A DNA stretch of 51,997 nucleotides, filler included, from Sphacelaria rigidula (lineage: Eukaryota): the NCBI GenBank assembly GCA_964200075.2. It is 3 parts of 3 records of this genome, joined end to end, with 100 filler letters (N's around TTAATTAATTAA, not from the genome) between each part and the next. Parts side by side here need not be neighbours in the genome. Positions count along the whole stretch, not along the records: positions 1 to 17,272 come from CAXNAA020001126.1; 2 more parts are not named here. One strand, 5' to 3'. Shown in pieces: positions 1-12,900 of this stretch (position 1 is its first letter; every line of letters begins with the position of its first letter). The notes below the pieces were generated by a model that had not been told where the DNA came from, made no database searches, and saw nothing but the letters and a program-made list of their open reading frames with translations. A program made the position numbers and the translations under genes.

Positions 1-3000
1 CCCCTTGATTCGACGATTAATACGATATGCGGACCAAGGCCTAATTCGTTTCCGGTGATGAGATATTGCTCTGCCAGGTAAAATGCGTTTCTGGGCTGGC
101 CCAGCTCGTACCGTAGTACAGTACAATACAGTACAGTACACTGCCCCACCGCACAGCATCAGCAGATGGCAGCAGCGGATATCGCCTTGTTCTTTAACCC
201 TTTTGGAACCCTTCCCTCCCGTCCCCGGGCCAGACGCCTTAATATTTCAAGTTCTGACAAAGAAAAAAATATGTGAACAGAAACGACCGACATCAACCAT
301 TTTTACTGTGAAGGACCAAAGAAGACTCCAGAAGCATACGTCATGGATGCACCAAAAATAAAGCCCCGGAGCGGTCGGGTTGGGTTTGTCCAATGATTCC
401 ACGCAACAGGCGACGTGTGTCGAATTGTTCGTATCGACATAACTCTCGCAAAACAGTACAAACTCCCATAGGTGATCTTCGTCAATGGGGAAAACCTCAA
501 CTTGAGTTCGGTGCACGAATATGCCACATCAGTACACTTGAACTCAGACCGGTGAATTAATATGCTTGAAATTAGGCTGGTGCACCATTTTGGTGGGCTG
601 CATCATCAAGAGTTGGCGAGCGTAGAAAGCCACACTATACGGCGACAACAGTATGGCCGAGGAAGTGGAATTCTCGTCAGCAAATGAAAAAGCGCTGAAG
701 AGCGACCCATATGCAATTAACGTTCAGATGAAGGAGGTGGCTGAGAAGCACGGCCAGGACGCTGCGACACGTTTCGCAAAAGAAGCTGCAAGAGCGGTTG
801 GGACAGCCCATTGCCCCCGGCGCACACCGCCCCCCCCCCTCCACTCGCCTACCGACCGCCAACACAGTACCCCGTCGCAAGAGAAAACGCTGCGAGGCAC
901 GCAGGATTATATAGGAGACACCAGGCGAACGTGATTGCAAGTGTCCAGACAGGCAACATACTAGTGAACGGCTGACAACCGACCGGGACAGCCTCTCGTA
1001 ATCAGCCTGACCCAACCACAACTACAGTCAGTGAACACACTTCACTACAGTCTAGTTCCCTCCTGACCTTTCGTTACTTTCTCCCGTACAGCCCTGTCAA
1101 CTATGGCTGGCAGTGTCTTTCTCTGCACGTTCTTTACGTTATATTGCGATCGCAGTTTTCTCGTGTCTCTATTTGTTTGAAGTGAGTACGTTCCCACTTC
1201 TAGCAGCGTCCTGGCCGTGCTAGGATACAGAAGCACGGCCAGGACGCTACCAATAACGATGTTTGGGTCTTCCATGCAAGAAGACAGAAACTGTGTAATA
1301 TTATTGTATGAAACCCCAACGCCGCCCACGAGGACAGACGGTCCGAACGCGATAGCGCCAGCCGGAGTTATAAACCTCACGCAGCTCAAAGTACGGCTGT
1401 GCAATGTCCAGGCATGATCAACCCGCACAGTATGGAGGTGGCGTCGTGGAAACGTACAGCATAAATAACATCACAGCCTACGAAGTGACAGCCTGTATCG
1501 GGTATGCCGAAGTGACGGCTCCCGTCTACGGTGCACCAGAGGTATGTACAACGGCGGGGTACATGGCATCCGCGTCGCCGTTATGAAATGATCAAACCAC
1601 AGTATGGTGTCGTATAAATGCGCACGACAGAGTATAGTGACGTACATGACGTGAGTTTACAGCTGAAAGAAGCTGAAAATATCATGATCACACGCATACA
1701 GAGGAGTAGGTGAACATCCCCACAGGGCCTGACGGTGACTGTCTCCAAATATAGACAGTTGTTACAGCACTTTCTTCCACTGAACTGAACTGAAGTCGAG
1801 CAGTTGATACACCCAACACTAAGATCATGTAGTTATCGTACTCTACACTTTACCCAAGTATTTCACACACGCTACACCACCAAAAACTGAATACTGATCA
1901 GTCCCCCGCCCCCTTATCCCCTATATTGCTCAAAGGGACGCTTGACTCACAGAAAAGTAATAAACAATCTTGCTACGTAGCAAGACACCCAGGCGTCCAT
2001 ATTCTCCTCGCCGCGCTACATTGCAACGGAGAGTTGTGCACACCAGTAGGCTTTCGTCCACTGTGTATGCTCTTCTCTGGGACTGATTCTTGAAAGATCA
2101 AAATTAGCATCCTGAACCTAGTTATCGGAACAGCTCACGAGTAGCTCTCATTGCGAAAATGACGTGACAAGCCACGGCGTACATTGTTCACGACGGGACA
2201 CGATGATCGCTGAAATAGGTATTCTCTTTCCCGAAATAAGCCTTGATATAGAGGGGACAGGGCGAGGGGGGGTGAGGGGACGACGGGATTCGTGTATACA
2301 GAGGAAGCGTTTGCATGGTCACTCGAAGCGTCTTTTTTATCGCGACAAAATTCCTCATTCTCTGCTCGCTACTACAGTCCTCATCGAAAGTCGGACGTAA
2401 CGAGTTCGGAGATTTGGGAGATGACCGATAGGTGGGGGCGTAGATAGCTGCCATTTCACTACAAAACACTCGACGATCTTCACCGCACGACCATATCGCG
2501 CTGTCGGGGACAACGTATACGCATACTGCTATCGACGGCGGCGAAAAAAACGAAATCGCCGGCATCGACGCATCATGGATCAGTGCCATCAGTCACAAAA
2601 CAGGGGCTTGGGTTCGGGTTATTGTGGATGGTCGCCGTCCCCTGGTGTCTATCGGCGGGGTTATGGTTGCTGCGAGAGGAACTGTCTCTTTGGCAAGAGC
2701 CGGAACTGTTGTTGCTCCGTCGGCGATTGCGATCGAGCGATAAATATCGCGTTTGTTTGAGGTATGGCCTGATTGACGATTGGGCGTACGAAAGTCGGGC
2801 ATGCGTTTCTACCATCAGCGCCACACCGGTCCGTTGTTCTGGAATTTCAGAGTCGATGAGACCAAACACGTTGGTTGATACAAGTATCGGCGCAGTCACG
2901 CATTACTGTGACGTTGAGCATTGCAGTGAGAGCAACCGTTACTACGTCGACTGAAAGCTTCCACCCTCGTCTTGAAAGGGGGGCAAGCAGCGGGTTCAAA

Positions 3001-6000
3001 ACATGAGGATAACCGGCCGTCGATGCCGTGGTGTCGCTAAAAAGTATCATCCAAATTTTTGGTGGAGTACGGCCATCCGTGAAAGCCAACACGACACACG
3101 TGTTTCTTCCTCTCGAAATTCATTACTGATCCACGGACGGAGTCGGGGACCAATGAAGTCCCAGATGAATTCTGGCCTCATCGACGAGACCCGGATGTGT
3201 TCATGAAGGAGAACACCGGCGACTGAAATGGCACAATCCATTACGTTTTCCTACGAATGGGCGTAATATTCACTCTCTTGATGTACGAATGCAATCCATG
3301 CCACACCTGTAGAGGCGTAAGGCATTTCTCGTGTAGCTGATGCGCCAAGAAACAGAGGAGGTACCAAAGTCGGGAATTGCTCCGCAGCGCAATCGCGAGC
3401 GGAAGACGGGCACATCACGTCACTTGCCCCGGCTTGTCGACCACTCCCCATAGTACCAGCGACCCCAGCCTTGGGATCTCGCGAACGACCCGCAAAGTAT
3501 ACGTTTGGAGTCATGGAGAAGGAGCCCGGGTGTTAAGTAGCGCTAGCCAAACCACTGCAGTCAAATTGACTTGTCAATCTTCTCTCCAGATTCTCAAAAA
3601 TACGCGAGCCTGGAGGAGGATGTCAAGAGTTATCGACATTTTCTGCAACACCGACCTGACGCCTCTCTGCTGTAGCAACTTGACCGTTGTGTGATGGATA
3701 CCGTCGGTCACGTGTTAGTAGTATAGCACTATTCAAACATACTCACCGGAGAATGTAGAGCTGAGATTGCCCGCACCTGGTGGATGTCCTTGGGCAGACT
3801 TTATCTTGCTCAGCGCACATATGAGCGCCATGTCTCATTCTGTGCCCCCTACTCGACTTTCTTGCTGACACATTCGTTTCGAAGGCATCTCTCTACCGGC
3901 GGCGGGTCGCAGAGTTAAAGCATGGGAGGGTTTGCATGCTGGCGACGGTCGGCGTCGTAGTCCAATCGTTCGTTCATTTGCCAGACCCTACAAGGTCGGC
4001 GTTTTCGAACACAAGACCGCTCGGCGCGTTATTTCAGGTAAAGTGGGGAAATTTGGCTGGGCGAGACCCGCGTGGTACGCATGCATGACGAAGACTGGCT
4101 TCTGCCCGTGCCGGGTTGGTGCTCTAACTGAAAAGTCTACGTTCATGGTTGTGTGCAGCACACACAGGTTGATGGTTCTAGTGAGGTTCAGACCAGACAG
4201 CTAGTGAGCTGTGGGCCATAGGTAAATGGTTCTCGTGGGTTTTGTGTAGGAGACCGGAACTAAGGAACCACAAGAACGTCAACAACATGCCTCCACGTGT
4301 GTGTGTTTCTTCTTTGTCCCGTGCGTGCTTGAACTCGAGGCGCTCGCGCCCGTGCCCGTGCCCGTGCCCGTGCCCGCGTGGGTCGCTGTCTCCCTCGTGG
4401 CAAATTGGCAAGAGTCCTTTATTAAGCTACTTTCTGCGGTTTTGCGTCGCCAGAACAGGCCCAACCAATTCAGCACACGAATCAGTGCATTCTACTTGCT
4501 GCTATATGCCTCGAGAAATGCTGTTTGTGCAAGCACAGTAAGCTTCACGACGGGTATCGATCACGGAGTTATCCCTGTCGGTGGCGTCACGTTGCCGCAG
4601 GACTCCCACCCGTTCCAGTTTTGCGGGCACCTCGGAGCGCGGGGTATTTCCACCTGGAGTTCATTTCGGCTGATGCGCTGAAGCCCTGAGTTGAATTTGA
4701 CAAAATTGTTGTGATGAACGTTCGTGTAGGTTTTCGTTTTACCGTGACGGGGGCAGGCGATACTTGACCCGAATTCAATCGTGCCGTATGTGCCTATTGC
4801 GACAGGTTTGGCGGGAGCGTCCGATTATTATTCTAGCGATAGTTGCTGCGATGGGGGTTATCGAGCTCACGGTGGGACAGGAGAACTATGGAGGGTACGA
4901 TGCTGAACCCGGGCGGTTGGGAGACTTCTGGCAGCAAGCCCGACCACAAGAACCCCTTGTAAGTGTGCTATCGTAACACCGTATGCAAGCCGTGCACTTG
5001 CAGCATCTTGTGATGTCGACAGCAGCAGTTCCCATTTACGCATGGGTTGACACTACGCAAAGTCATGTGACTTGCTCTCATGCAACTGAAATAGCACTGT
5101 CTTGAAAAATGTACGATGTACTAGTGTGCCAGACGCCACCTTACGTACTATGTGGGGTGCTCCGCTGTTTGCATGAGGGTCGACCGTGCTCTTTTCCCTC
5201 GTGATTCCGCGGTTGTGTATATTTGTGTTGGTGCAGCTCTGGAGGAAGAGACAACTTCAAGAGCTCAAGCACGGGCGGCTCGCCACACTTGCGATAACAG
5301 GTGAGTCTCTGTGACTCCTTATGTACCGCAGAAAAGTCGCATGCCAATAGACATTCCCGGTAAATTCTTAGGTAGCCTACCCGTTCGTTTGCCTGCATCG
5401 CAATATCTACGATGTTGGCTTGCGAACCACGAAGCCGTACATGGTTGACATTCCATCAGCGGTGCAGCACGCAGCGGTGAGCTGCATACAGAAGGAGGCA
5501 CAGTACCATCACAAAACTGGGGCATCGATAAACATCGACTGCTGTTACGTAAATATGGCACAACACGTGCAAAATTGGTGAAGGCTGCGGAAGCTGGCTT
5601 GCTGGCTTCACGGAGCCCACCCAGTGCGTGTGACCTCACTGTACAACCGTTTTCACGTCTGTGAGCTACAAGCACAAGGAAATACTCACTCCTGTCCATC
5701 CCTAGGTCGTTGCTATTTGTAGCCTTGCCCTGCGCTGACATATGCCTGCTCTCTTGTGTCGTTGTCTGATTACTGTTCGCTCAACCATCAGGTATTCTTG
5801 CTCAAGAGTTGGTGACGCACGAGGGACCCGTGGAGCAATTGCTCAACGGTCACATCAATCCATTCGGACACTACTGACGTTCGGTCGTGCTGGGTGTTTA
5901 ATGGAACTAGATTTCTTGCCGAAGCAACTCGAGTGCTCTAGTTCTTGACAGTGCCTACTCCTTGCGACTGTATTACGAGGTCGGCACCGGCGGTGTAGTG

Positions 6001-8571
6001 AAAAATCCCTCAGGAAAATGGCGTCCGATTCATACTAGGAGCTCAATTTTTGTAGTGTTTCAGGAAAAGGTCGTGACCAATTACGGTAGGTGGCCCTACG
6101 GTCGGGAACCCGAGACCGATATTGCCGTAGAAGGTACCTCCGATTCCACACGTATATTCCACTTATCATATGGTCAAGTGTTGGGGGCGAAATTCTTACG
6201 CGAGGGGCGTGCCGTATACTCATCCGTGTTTTGGCTCCGCATCAGTGGGTCGTGTATGGAGCTATTTGCTGCGTGTGAGGGACGATTACCATCCCGTTGA
6301 AGCAACGGAGCGTGCATGGGAAACGCTCCCCGCGTGCCCTTTCTTTCTCGGTCGAGACTTGATGGATATAAATATCGCATCGCTATGTTTGGTCTGCTGT
6401 TTTTGACCTTCACTCTCCCCCCGTATCGAGTCTTCAGCGCACCCCCCCCACCCGGCCATCCGCGGATAGCGGGTGAGTACCGCGCAGCAGGGAAAAGNNN
6501 NNNNNNNGGGTTTAAAAATGGTGACCCTTAGGTTTGGTTGCGTGGTTTTTTTCCTCCCCCCCCCCCCCATTCCTCTCCCCCCCCCCCCCCCCCCCCCCGT
6601 ATCGAGTCGGTGATTCAGATGATCATTGTGTGGAGCTTCGAGTGAGATGTGTTGCTTCGTCACCTATTTTTGAGCGGAAAATTTGGTCATGAATCCAGTC
6701 TTGGTACGGTGTGGCGGTTGGCAAGCTAAGACGTTGTCGATAGGACATGCTTTGACTTGTTCGGCTTGTTTTTTGCGGATGATCACATAAATGCAGCTGG
6801 AGGAGAGCAAAAGTAGGCGATCGACCCCCCCCCTCATTGAGTTTTTTTGTGTTGTTCTTCTCCGATGCGCCTTGAAACAGGCAGAGCGGACGGTAGGACG
6901 TTGCCACGCAGCGGACGGAGGTAGAACTGTGCTGTAACGATAAAACTAAGTGTGCCGAGGAGGTAGTAGGGCATTTTTTCCCCTTGTGCTTTTGATAGGC
7001 TGTCTCGACTGTGACGCGTACCGACTAAATTGTCGCAATTGTGGCCCCGAAATTGTGGGGTGGTATGTTGAGGCGAATGTACAATGATACCAGATGGAAT
7101 TTCCCGCCGCACGTGTGTTTGATTACTGTATTCGTCCAGGCGTGTGTGTGAAGGATGTTGGAATGTATGCTGTGCCGCGAAAAGGGTGAAGAAGGGGGTG
7201 GTAATCACTGTTGCGTATGGGATGTAGCGCGTTTTTGCGTCTCATGCCCAGTTTCATTTTCTTGTACAAATCAGTACGTGCGTGGAGGCAAGGATGATGA
7301 CCAGTATGTAAGCTTGCAGGCATTCACGGTTGGTTCAAGGTGCAACGATGTGGACTTTTGGCTTCGTTTTCCCCACGCTACGGAGAATCGGTAGCGGGCT
7401 TGACAAAAGCTGGAAGATCCTGTAAATATTACACGCGTTGAGAAGTGTTGTCGGGTCATTTATTATTTTGGTGGCACAATGAGGCACTGCAGTTGGGCAC
7501 AATTACGACGAGAGGGATGGGGACGCATCGATGTGCTCACGCCCTATCGGGGCGCACGTACAAGAGGCACGGGTGGGCTCACTGCTCGAGATGATCGAAT
7601 GCCTGTCTTTCTCCCTCCACCTCTGTTGCTATGGCAGGAGCTCCCAGCAGTCTTCGAGGCTAGGAGCGCACATTCTTGTCCGTTTTCCGGGCTGTTTCCT
7701 GAAGCTGCACATGCAGGCGGCTCGTGCGGGGCATCTTCACTGTCAGTTGATGTAGTCATTCTCCAGTGGTGGGCTGGCGTCCCCCATGAAAAATAAAATT
7801 GTGTCTGTCCGCCTGTTTGCTCGACTTTACATTCATCAGGCCTGACCTCCACCATTTGTTCATTTGTTGAAAAATCTTGTTACTGTTGGCGTTCGGCCCC
7901 CGTGCGGCAACGATTCTCGACAGCCATCACGCAAACACTGAGCCTGGTCCAAAACGTACCTCCTGGGGTGGTGAATGTGTGAGTCGACTTGTCACGTCTG
8001 ACTGACCTACCTAAATCGTGACAGCCATCATACAGAACGCTCGGTCTGGGTATGTAGACCTCTTACATTTAACAGGAACAGGTTAATCGTGAGGGTTGTA
8101 CGAAGATTGCACGTCCACAGTCACGTCCGCATACTGTAGTGTCTATTTGAATTAAGTGTAGGGTCGAGGCCCAATCGTGACGGGTGCTGCATGAAGAATG
8201 TACCACCCACCTCCAGCATACACGGACTGCCGACTACGCGGTGATGACTAACAGCTTTGAGTGTTGTGGTGAGGTCATTGCCAACCGTGTCGTCTCTTCA
8301 AATTTAGGGTTGGTTTGAGTCGGCGCTCTTCACCTAGTTCTAAACGGTACGAGTTAAGCTTTTATTCTGAACCATTTTTAAATCCGTTTGTATGCACGTG
8401 TGTGCTGTATGCAGTACAGTAGGTGTATGCTCGCAAATTATGTGCGTCTTAAAATAACAGGTGATCCCGACAGATGTGAGTGAGATTTTCCCATCGTGGA
8501 AACGAACTGAGATCGATACTGTACATGGTATTGCGACAAGTGCGCTGAACCCCTCTCGCGATTAAACAGTG

Positions 8572-8728
8572 GGCAAGGACCGCAAAAGGATGATGATGAA
8601 CCAAATAATAAATTAATCAAATACTCCTGTGTTTGCCTCCCTCTTGTATGACCCCAACTGGTGCGCCCTTATATACCGAAAGGTCAAGACTGGCGTCCAG
8701 AATAGATGGGATGACAACACACACACAG
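8572..8728 (+). mobile_element. SINE family B, 5'-truncated copy
   Basis: GGCAAGGACCGCAAAAGG...CTGGTGCGCCC...TCCAGAATAGATGGGATGACAACACACAC is a diverged reverse complement of 39521-39675. Confidence 0.7.
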
Positions 8729-9037
8729 TCCGCAAAAGGCCCAAAATGACAGCTTGTCGGACATGTCGGTATACAAGTGTGCGGTATGATGGTGGATCCA
8801 TCCATCGTGTGCGACCATATGTAGCCAGTGTGCACGAGTCTATCGATTGGCAACCCGCCTTCTTCAACAGAATAGATGGGACGACAACACATACACAACC
8901 CGCCAAAGGCCCAAAATGATCGCTTGTCGGACATGTCGGTATACTAGTATGCGGTATAATGGTGGATCCATCCATCTTGTGCGACCACATCTAGCCAATG
9001 TGCACGAGTCTATCGATCGGCAACCCGCCTTCTTCAA
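8699..9037 (+). repeat. Tandem duplication, 2 x 170 bp
   Basis: Units start AGAATAGATGGGA at 8699 and 8869, align without gaps, and differ by scattered substitutions. Confidence 0.95.
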
Positions 9038-9739
9038 GTCCGCAAATGCCGCATTTCTTCAACTCCGCCAAAGGCGCCATTGAACTCCACGTTGCGGACT
9101 TTCAACTCAAAACAGTGCACTGGAGAACAGCATGCCAACATCGCGCATGATTTGTGTTTCATGACAATTTGCCATACTCATCCGTAAACCTCGATCGAGC
9201 ATGCCATTCGCAAGAATCCTACGACGATGGTTTGGAGCACGCAATGTCGCCGCGCACTCGCGGTCGAACCGCGATACATCAATTCTAGGTCGACTTTCCA
9301 ATCCTAACGTTAACTCGACAGCAGCGCAGTCGTTTCCCCATTTAGCGTCGCCCGATAGCGTGAAGACAATGGTTGGCAAAAAGACGACGGTTTAATAAGA
9401 GTTGACGGACTGTGGGACTCCAGCGCTTCCTCGAAATACTCTCCAAAAGCACGGCACCGTAGCGCGGAAGAGATAGATCGATCCCTTCAGGATACGGATT
9501 CGTGTTAAGGGAGCTGAAAAATACTTCCTCTAGCCGACATGATAGGTCGGATTTGATCATTATGCGGCGTAACTCGACCCCATGGCACTCTTTTTCCGAA
9601 CCGTTTTTTTCTTTCCATTTTTTGTACTGGCGCGGCGCAATCAGAACCGCTGTTTTGAAAAGTTTCCCCCCCAAAACTTTGTGTCACCCCACCAGAAGTC
9701 GCTCGAAATACCACCGCAACTTTCAAGTCCCGGTAGCCT

Positions 9740-9970
9740 TGTTCATGTGAACAGGTACACTGAGTGAACATGCACATGTGCGGATAGATTAATGCGGATG
9801 TGCGGGTACTGGTAGTCGAGTGTGTGTGACTACAGCACCCCGCTCACGGCAACTACGGCGCTGCCTGCTGAGCTCACTCAACATCTGATCCCTCGGTCAT
9901 AGGGTCGACTCAGTCTAGGCACTAATACAAAAGATAAAACTATGTATCCTTCGCCACGGGCCACGGAATA
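9740..9970 (+). repeat. 5' LTR of the copia element (apparently 3'-truncated)
   Basis: Aligns by eye to 15624-15861 with about 17 substitutions and one 7-bp indel over about 231 bp. Similarity stops abruptly after GCCACGGAATA. Confidence 0.9.
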
Positions 9971-9997
9971 CACTAGTGTTACAACCGGTTGGGCAGA

Positions 9998-12900
9998 ATG
10001 GCGGAACAAGGTGATAGGCCTGCTGCAGTTAGGGGTGAGCAGGGCTTTACTGAGGAGTTGCGAGAAGTACGTAGTCAGATCAGTTCCTTGGCTCAGCTCA
10101 TGCGTGATATGCAGCTAAGCCAAGCTACATTACAGAGTAACATGGACAATATGAGATCAGAAGGAGATGCCGGGGGCGCAGAAAACAACGGCGTCCTCGA
10201 TAGTGGAGGTTCCCATAGTCAACAGGGAGAAATCAACATAAATAGAACAGTGGAGCGACGCGGTGCTGGAGTTCGACGAGAGCGACGGTACATCGGGAGC
10301 CAAGCTGTTCCAGAGGACGGAGCGCGCGACGCGTGGACAACGAGGCCACCAGTGACGAAGCTAGGGGCTTTGTCCCCGCACGTGAGTCAATCCAAATAAA
10401 CGATACAAGTGGAAATGTGTCAGGGGTTCCCGCTTTTCGACAGAACGTCCCAAAACTTTCAGGGAAGAGCGCTGGTTATGCTCGGTACAAGTACGAACTG
10501 GTCAACTTCGCAAGGGGCTGGGTGTTCACCATGGCCGGCGATAGTTCTTACGATGTGGATGTCGGTGATCCTGAGATAGAAATGGGGTATCTGGAGAGCA
10601 GACATGGAAAGGACACAGTGGCAGCCAACGTAAGGGCCAGACGAATGCTTGTAGCTAGTTTAGAAGGAAGGAGGGAGCAAGGTATTTTGCTTAGAACCCA
10701 CTCACCTGCTGCGGTTTGGAGAAAACTCGAGGATGTCGTTCGCCCCAAAACAAATGGGGCGAGAACCGCTTTGTTGGAAAAGTTCGATGGAGTCAAGATT
10801 GGTGTCCGTGATGATCCAGAGCAGAAGCTGCTCGAGATGGAGGAACTTGCACGTAACCTGAATTCATACAAGGAGCATGAACGACTAAGCGAAAACCATA
10901 TTCTCTTGAAATTCCTCAACGCGTTGCCTTTCGAGTATCACATCCAGAAACAACTACTAGAGGATCGAGAGGGATCACTGACACGGGAGGTTGTGTTGAC
11001 TTCGATCCGAAAGCGCTTCGAATCAATATCTTTGAAGCAGGAACTTACCCGGGAAAGGAGGTCATCCCCGGGCGACCAGGCTCTTCTTGCCAGGGGTGGC
11101 ACCGGAAAACCGAGCCGTGCGCACCGCACGCGAAAACTGGAAAAACCCCAGGGCTCTGGTAAGAAAAACGGCGGGAGCCAGAGTTCAAGTAGCTCTGGGT
11201 CGGCATCGTCGGACGGCAAACCGGCGATTGGGCAGCTGCTCCGCTGCCACATTTGCGACGAGAACACGACGCATCGAGCCAGGAACTGCCCGAAGAGATA
11301 CTGCGGGAGGTGCGGTCAGCAGGGGCACACGTTCTGGGATTGTCCAAGATCGACAGCGAAGAAAGAAGACGCGGTGATGGCGATGGGCGCGGCCGACGAC
11401 AGCGACAGCTCCTCCGTCTGTTCGGTGGCCGATGGGGAGGCTTTCACTTCTCTTGACACCACCATCAACAACGACACAGGCGAGTATGCATTGAGTGTTG
11501 AGCGGGGGGGTGATGGTCAGCAGGGTGAGGGCGAACCGTGGGTATTTGACACGGGGGCTACCCAGCATTTCTCCCACGATTCCCATGGGATGATGGAGTA
11601 CAGAGAGTGCAAGGGTAGGGTACTACGGTGCGCGGGAGTTAGTACTTACCCGGTCGTAGGCAGAGGAAATTTGTCTCTTGCCTTCAGATCTGACGGACAG
11701 GATGTAATTCTAAAACTAGTGGATGTTGACCATGTACCTGGTGTCCGGCATCACCCCTTGTCACTCACGAGGGTCCAACACATGGGACACACCTACACTG
11801 GTTTTCGTACAGGTTTCAGGGTAGATCTCAATTCAGGCAATACACTGATAATAATCGGACAACCACGTCAACTCAGAATGTACGCGCGCCGCCTCGATCA
11901 AAGTGGTAGTGACAAGTGTGCTTCGGCATATGCTGTTATTGCCCCGGGGGCTCCGCCTAACCCCCAGACCGCTGACATCAACGAGTTCCACTGTTCCCAC
12001 GCTCACGTGCACGAGGATTTACTGAGGAAGACGGCGAAGCAGCATAGAAAGCAGCTGGCTGGGGAGCTGCAGCCCTGCCGCGGCTGCTCAGAGGCGAAGG
12101 GACTGCGGACACCGATTCCAAGATCGACGCACACGAGAGCAGCTAAGTCAGCGTCTAGGGTGTTTGTAGATATTTCCGGACCGAAACCAGTCAAGTCTTA
12201 CGGGGGAAAGTCGCACACGATGATAGTCCGAGATGATCACTCACGGCATACCAAGCTGTATTTCCTCCGTAAGAAGGATGAGGCAGAGAGATACTTCGCG
12301 AAATACATTGCGTGGGTCTCTCCGAGAAAAATTGAGATAGTCCGTAGCGATGACGGGGGGGGATTTTCGGAGGGTGCATTTGGTTAACTGTGCGACAGGG
12401 AAGAGATCAAGCAGGAGAAGACAACTGCCGACACACCCCAGTTCAACGGTGTTGCAGAGCGAGCGTTAGATATCATCGAAACAGCAGGCCTTGCGGCCAG
12501 AATCCAAGCATCTGAGCTGCACCCCGATGAGCGCATCCCAAATGGTGACAGCTTGTTGGCTGAACAGGCAAACTGGGCGTGTCACGCCCTGAACTGTACC
12601 GCTACCTCGGCTGACCCGCACCACAAATCACCGCATGAGATGTGGTATGGATCACCACCGGAAGGTGATCTCATTCCGTTCTTGAAGCCTGGTTTTTGTA
12701 GGAGGAAGCGGGCAAATGAATTATAGCCGGAGGCCGAAAAATACTGGTACTTGAGCCCAGCCCCAGGCTACCCACGTGACGCGATGCGAGTTCTGACTGT
12801 ACGAGGAACTATCTCCGTGATAAGACATGTAACACGGGCACGTACGTCCGTCGCCCTCCCCCGCACACTACACCAAGCGATCCAGACGCCGGTCGAGCTG

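Noticed and set aside
2188-5950. Possible gag, protease or integrase remnants on the minus strand (DP*CVDAG; CQPC...SIGMRLF)
   Set aside because: The motif resemblance is too fragmentary, with no ordered domain series or LTRs, so no call can be supported without a search.
6416-6608. CCCCCCCGTATCGAGTC duplicated on both sides of the 10-N gap at 6498-6507
   Set aside because: It is next to a gap and long poly-C runs, so a local assembly artefact is as likely as a target-site duplication.
83-8500. Numerous 60-140 aa ORFs in the track
   Set aside because: Many start at GTG/TTG, overlap on both strands and show no recognisable domains or consistent exon chain, as expected by chance at this GC content.
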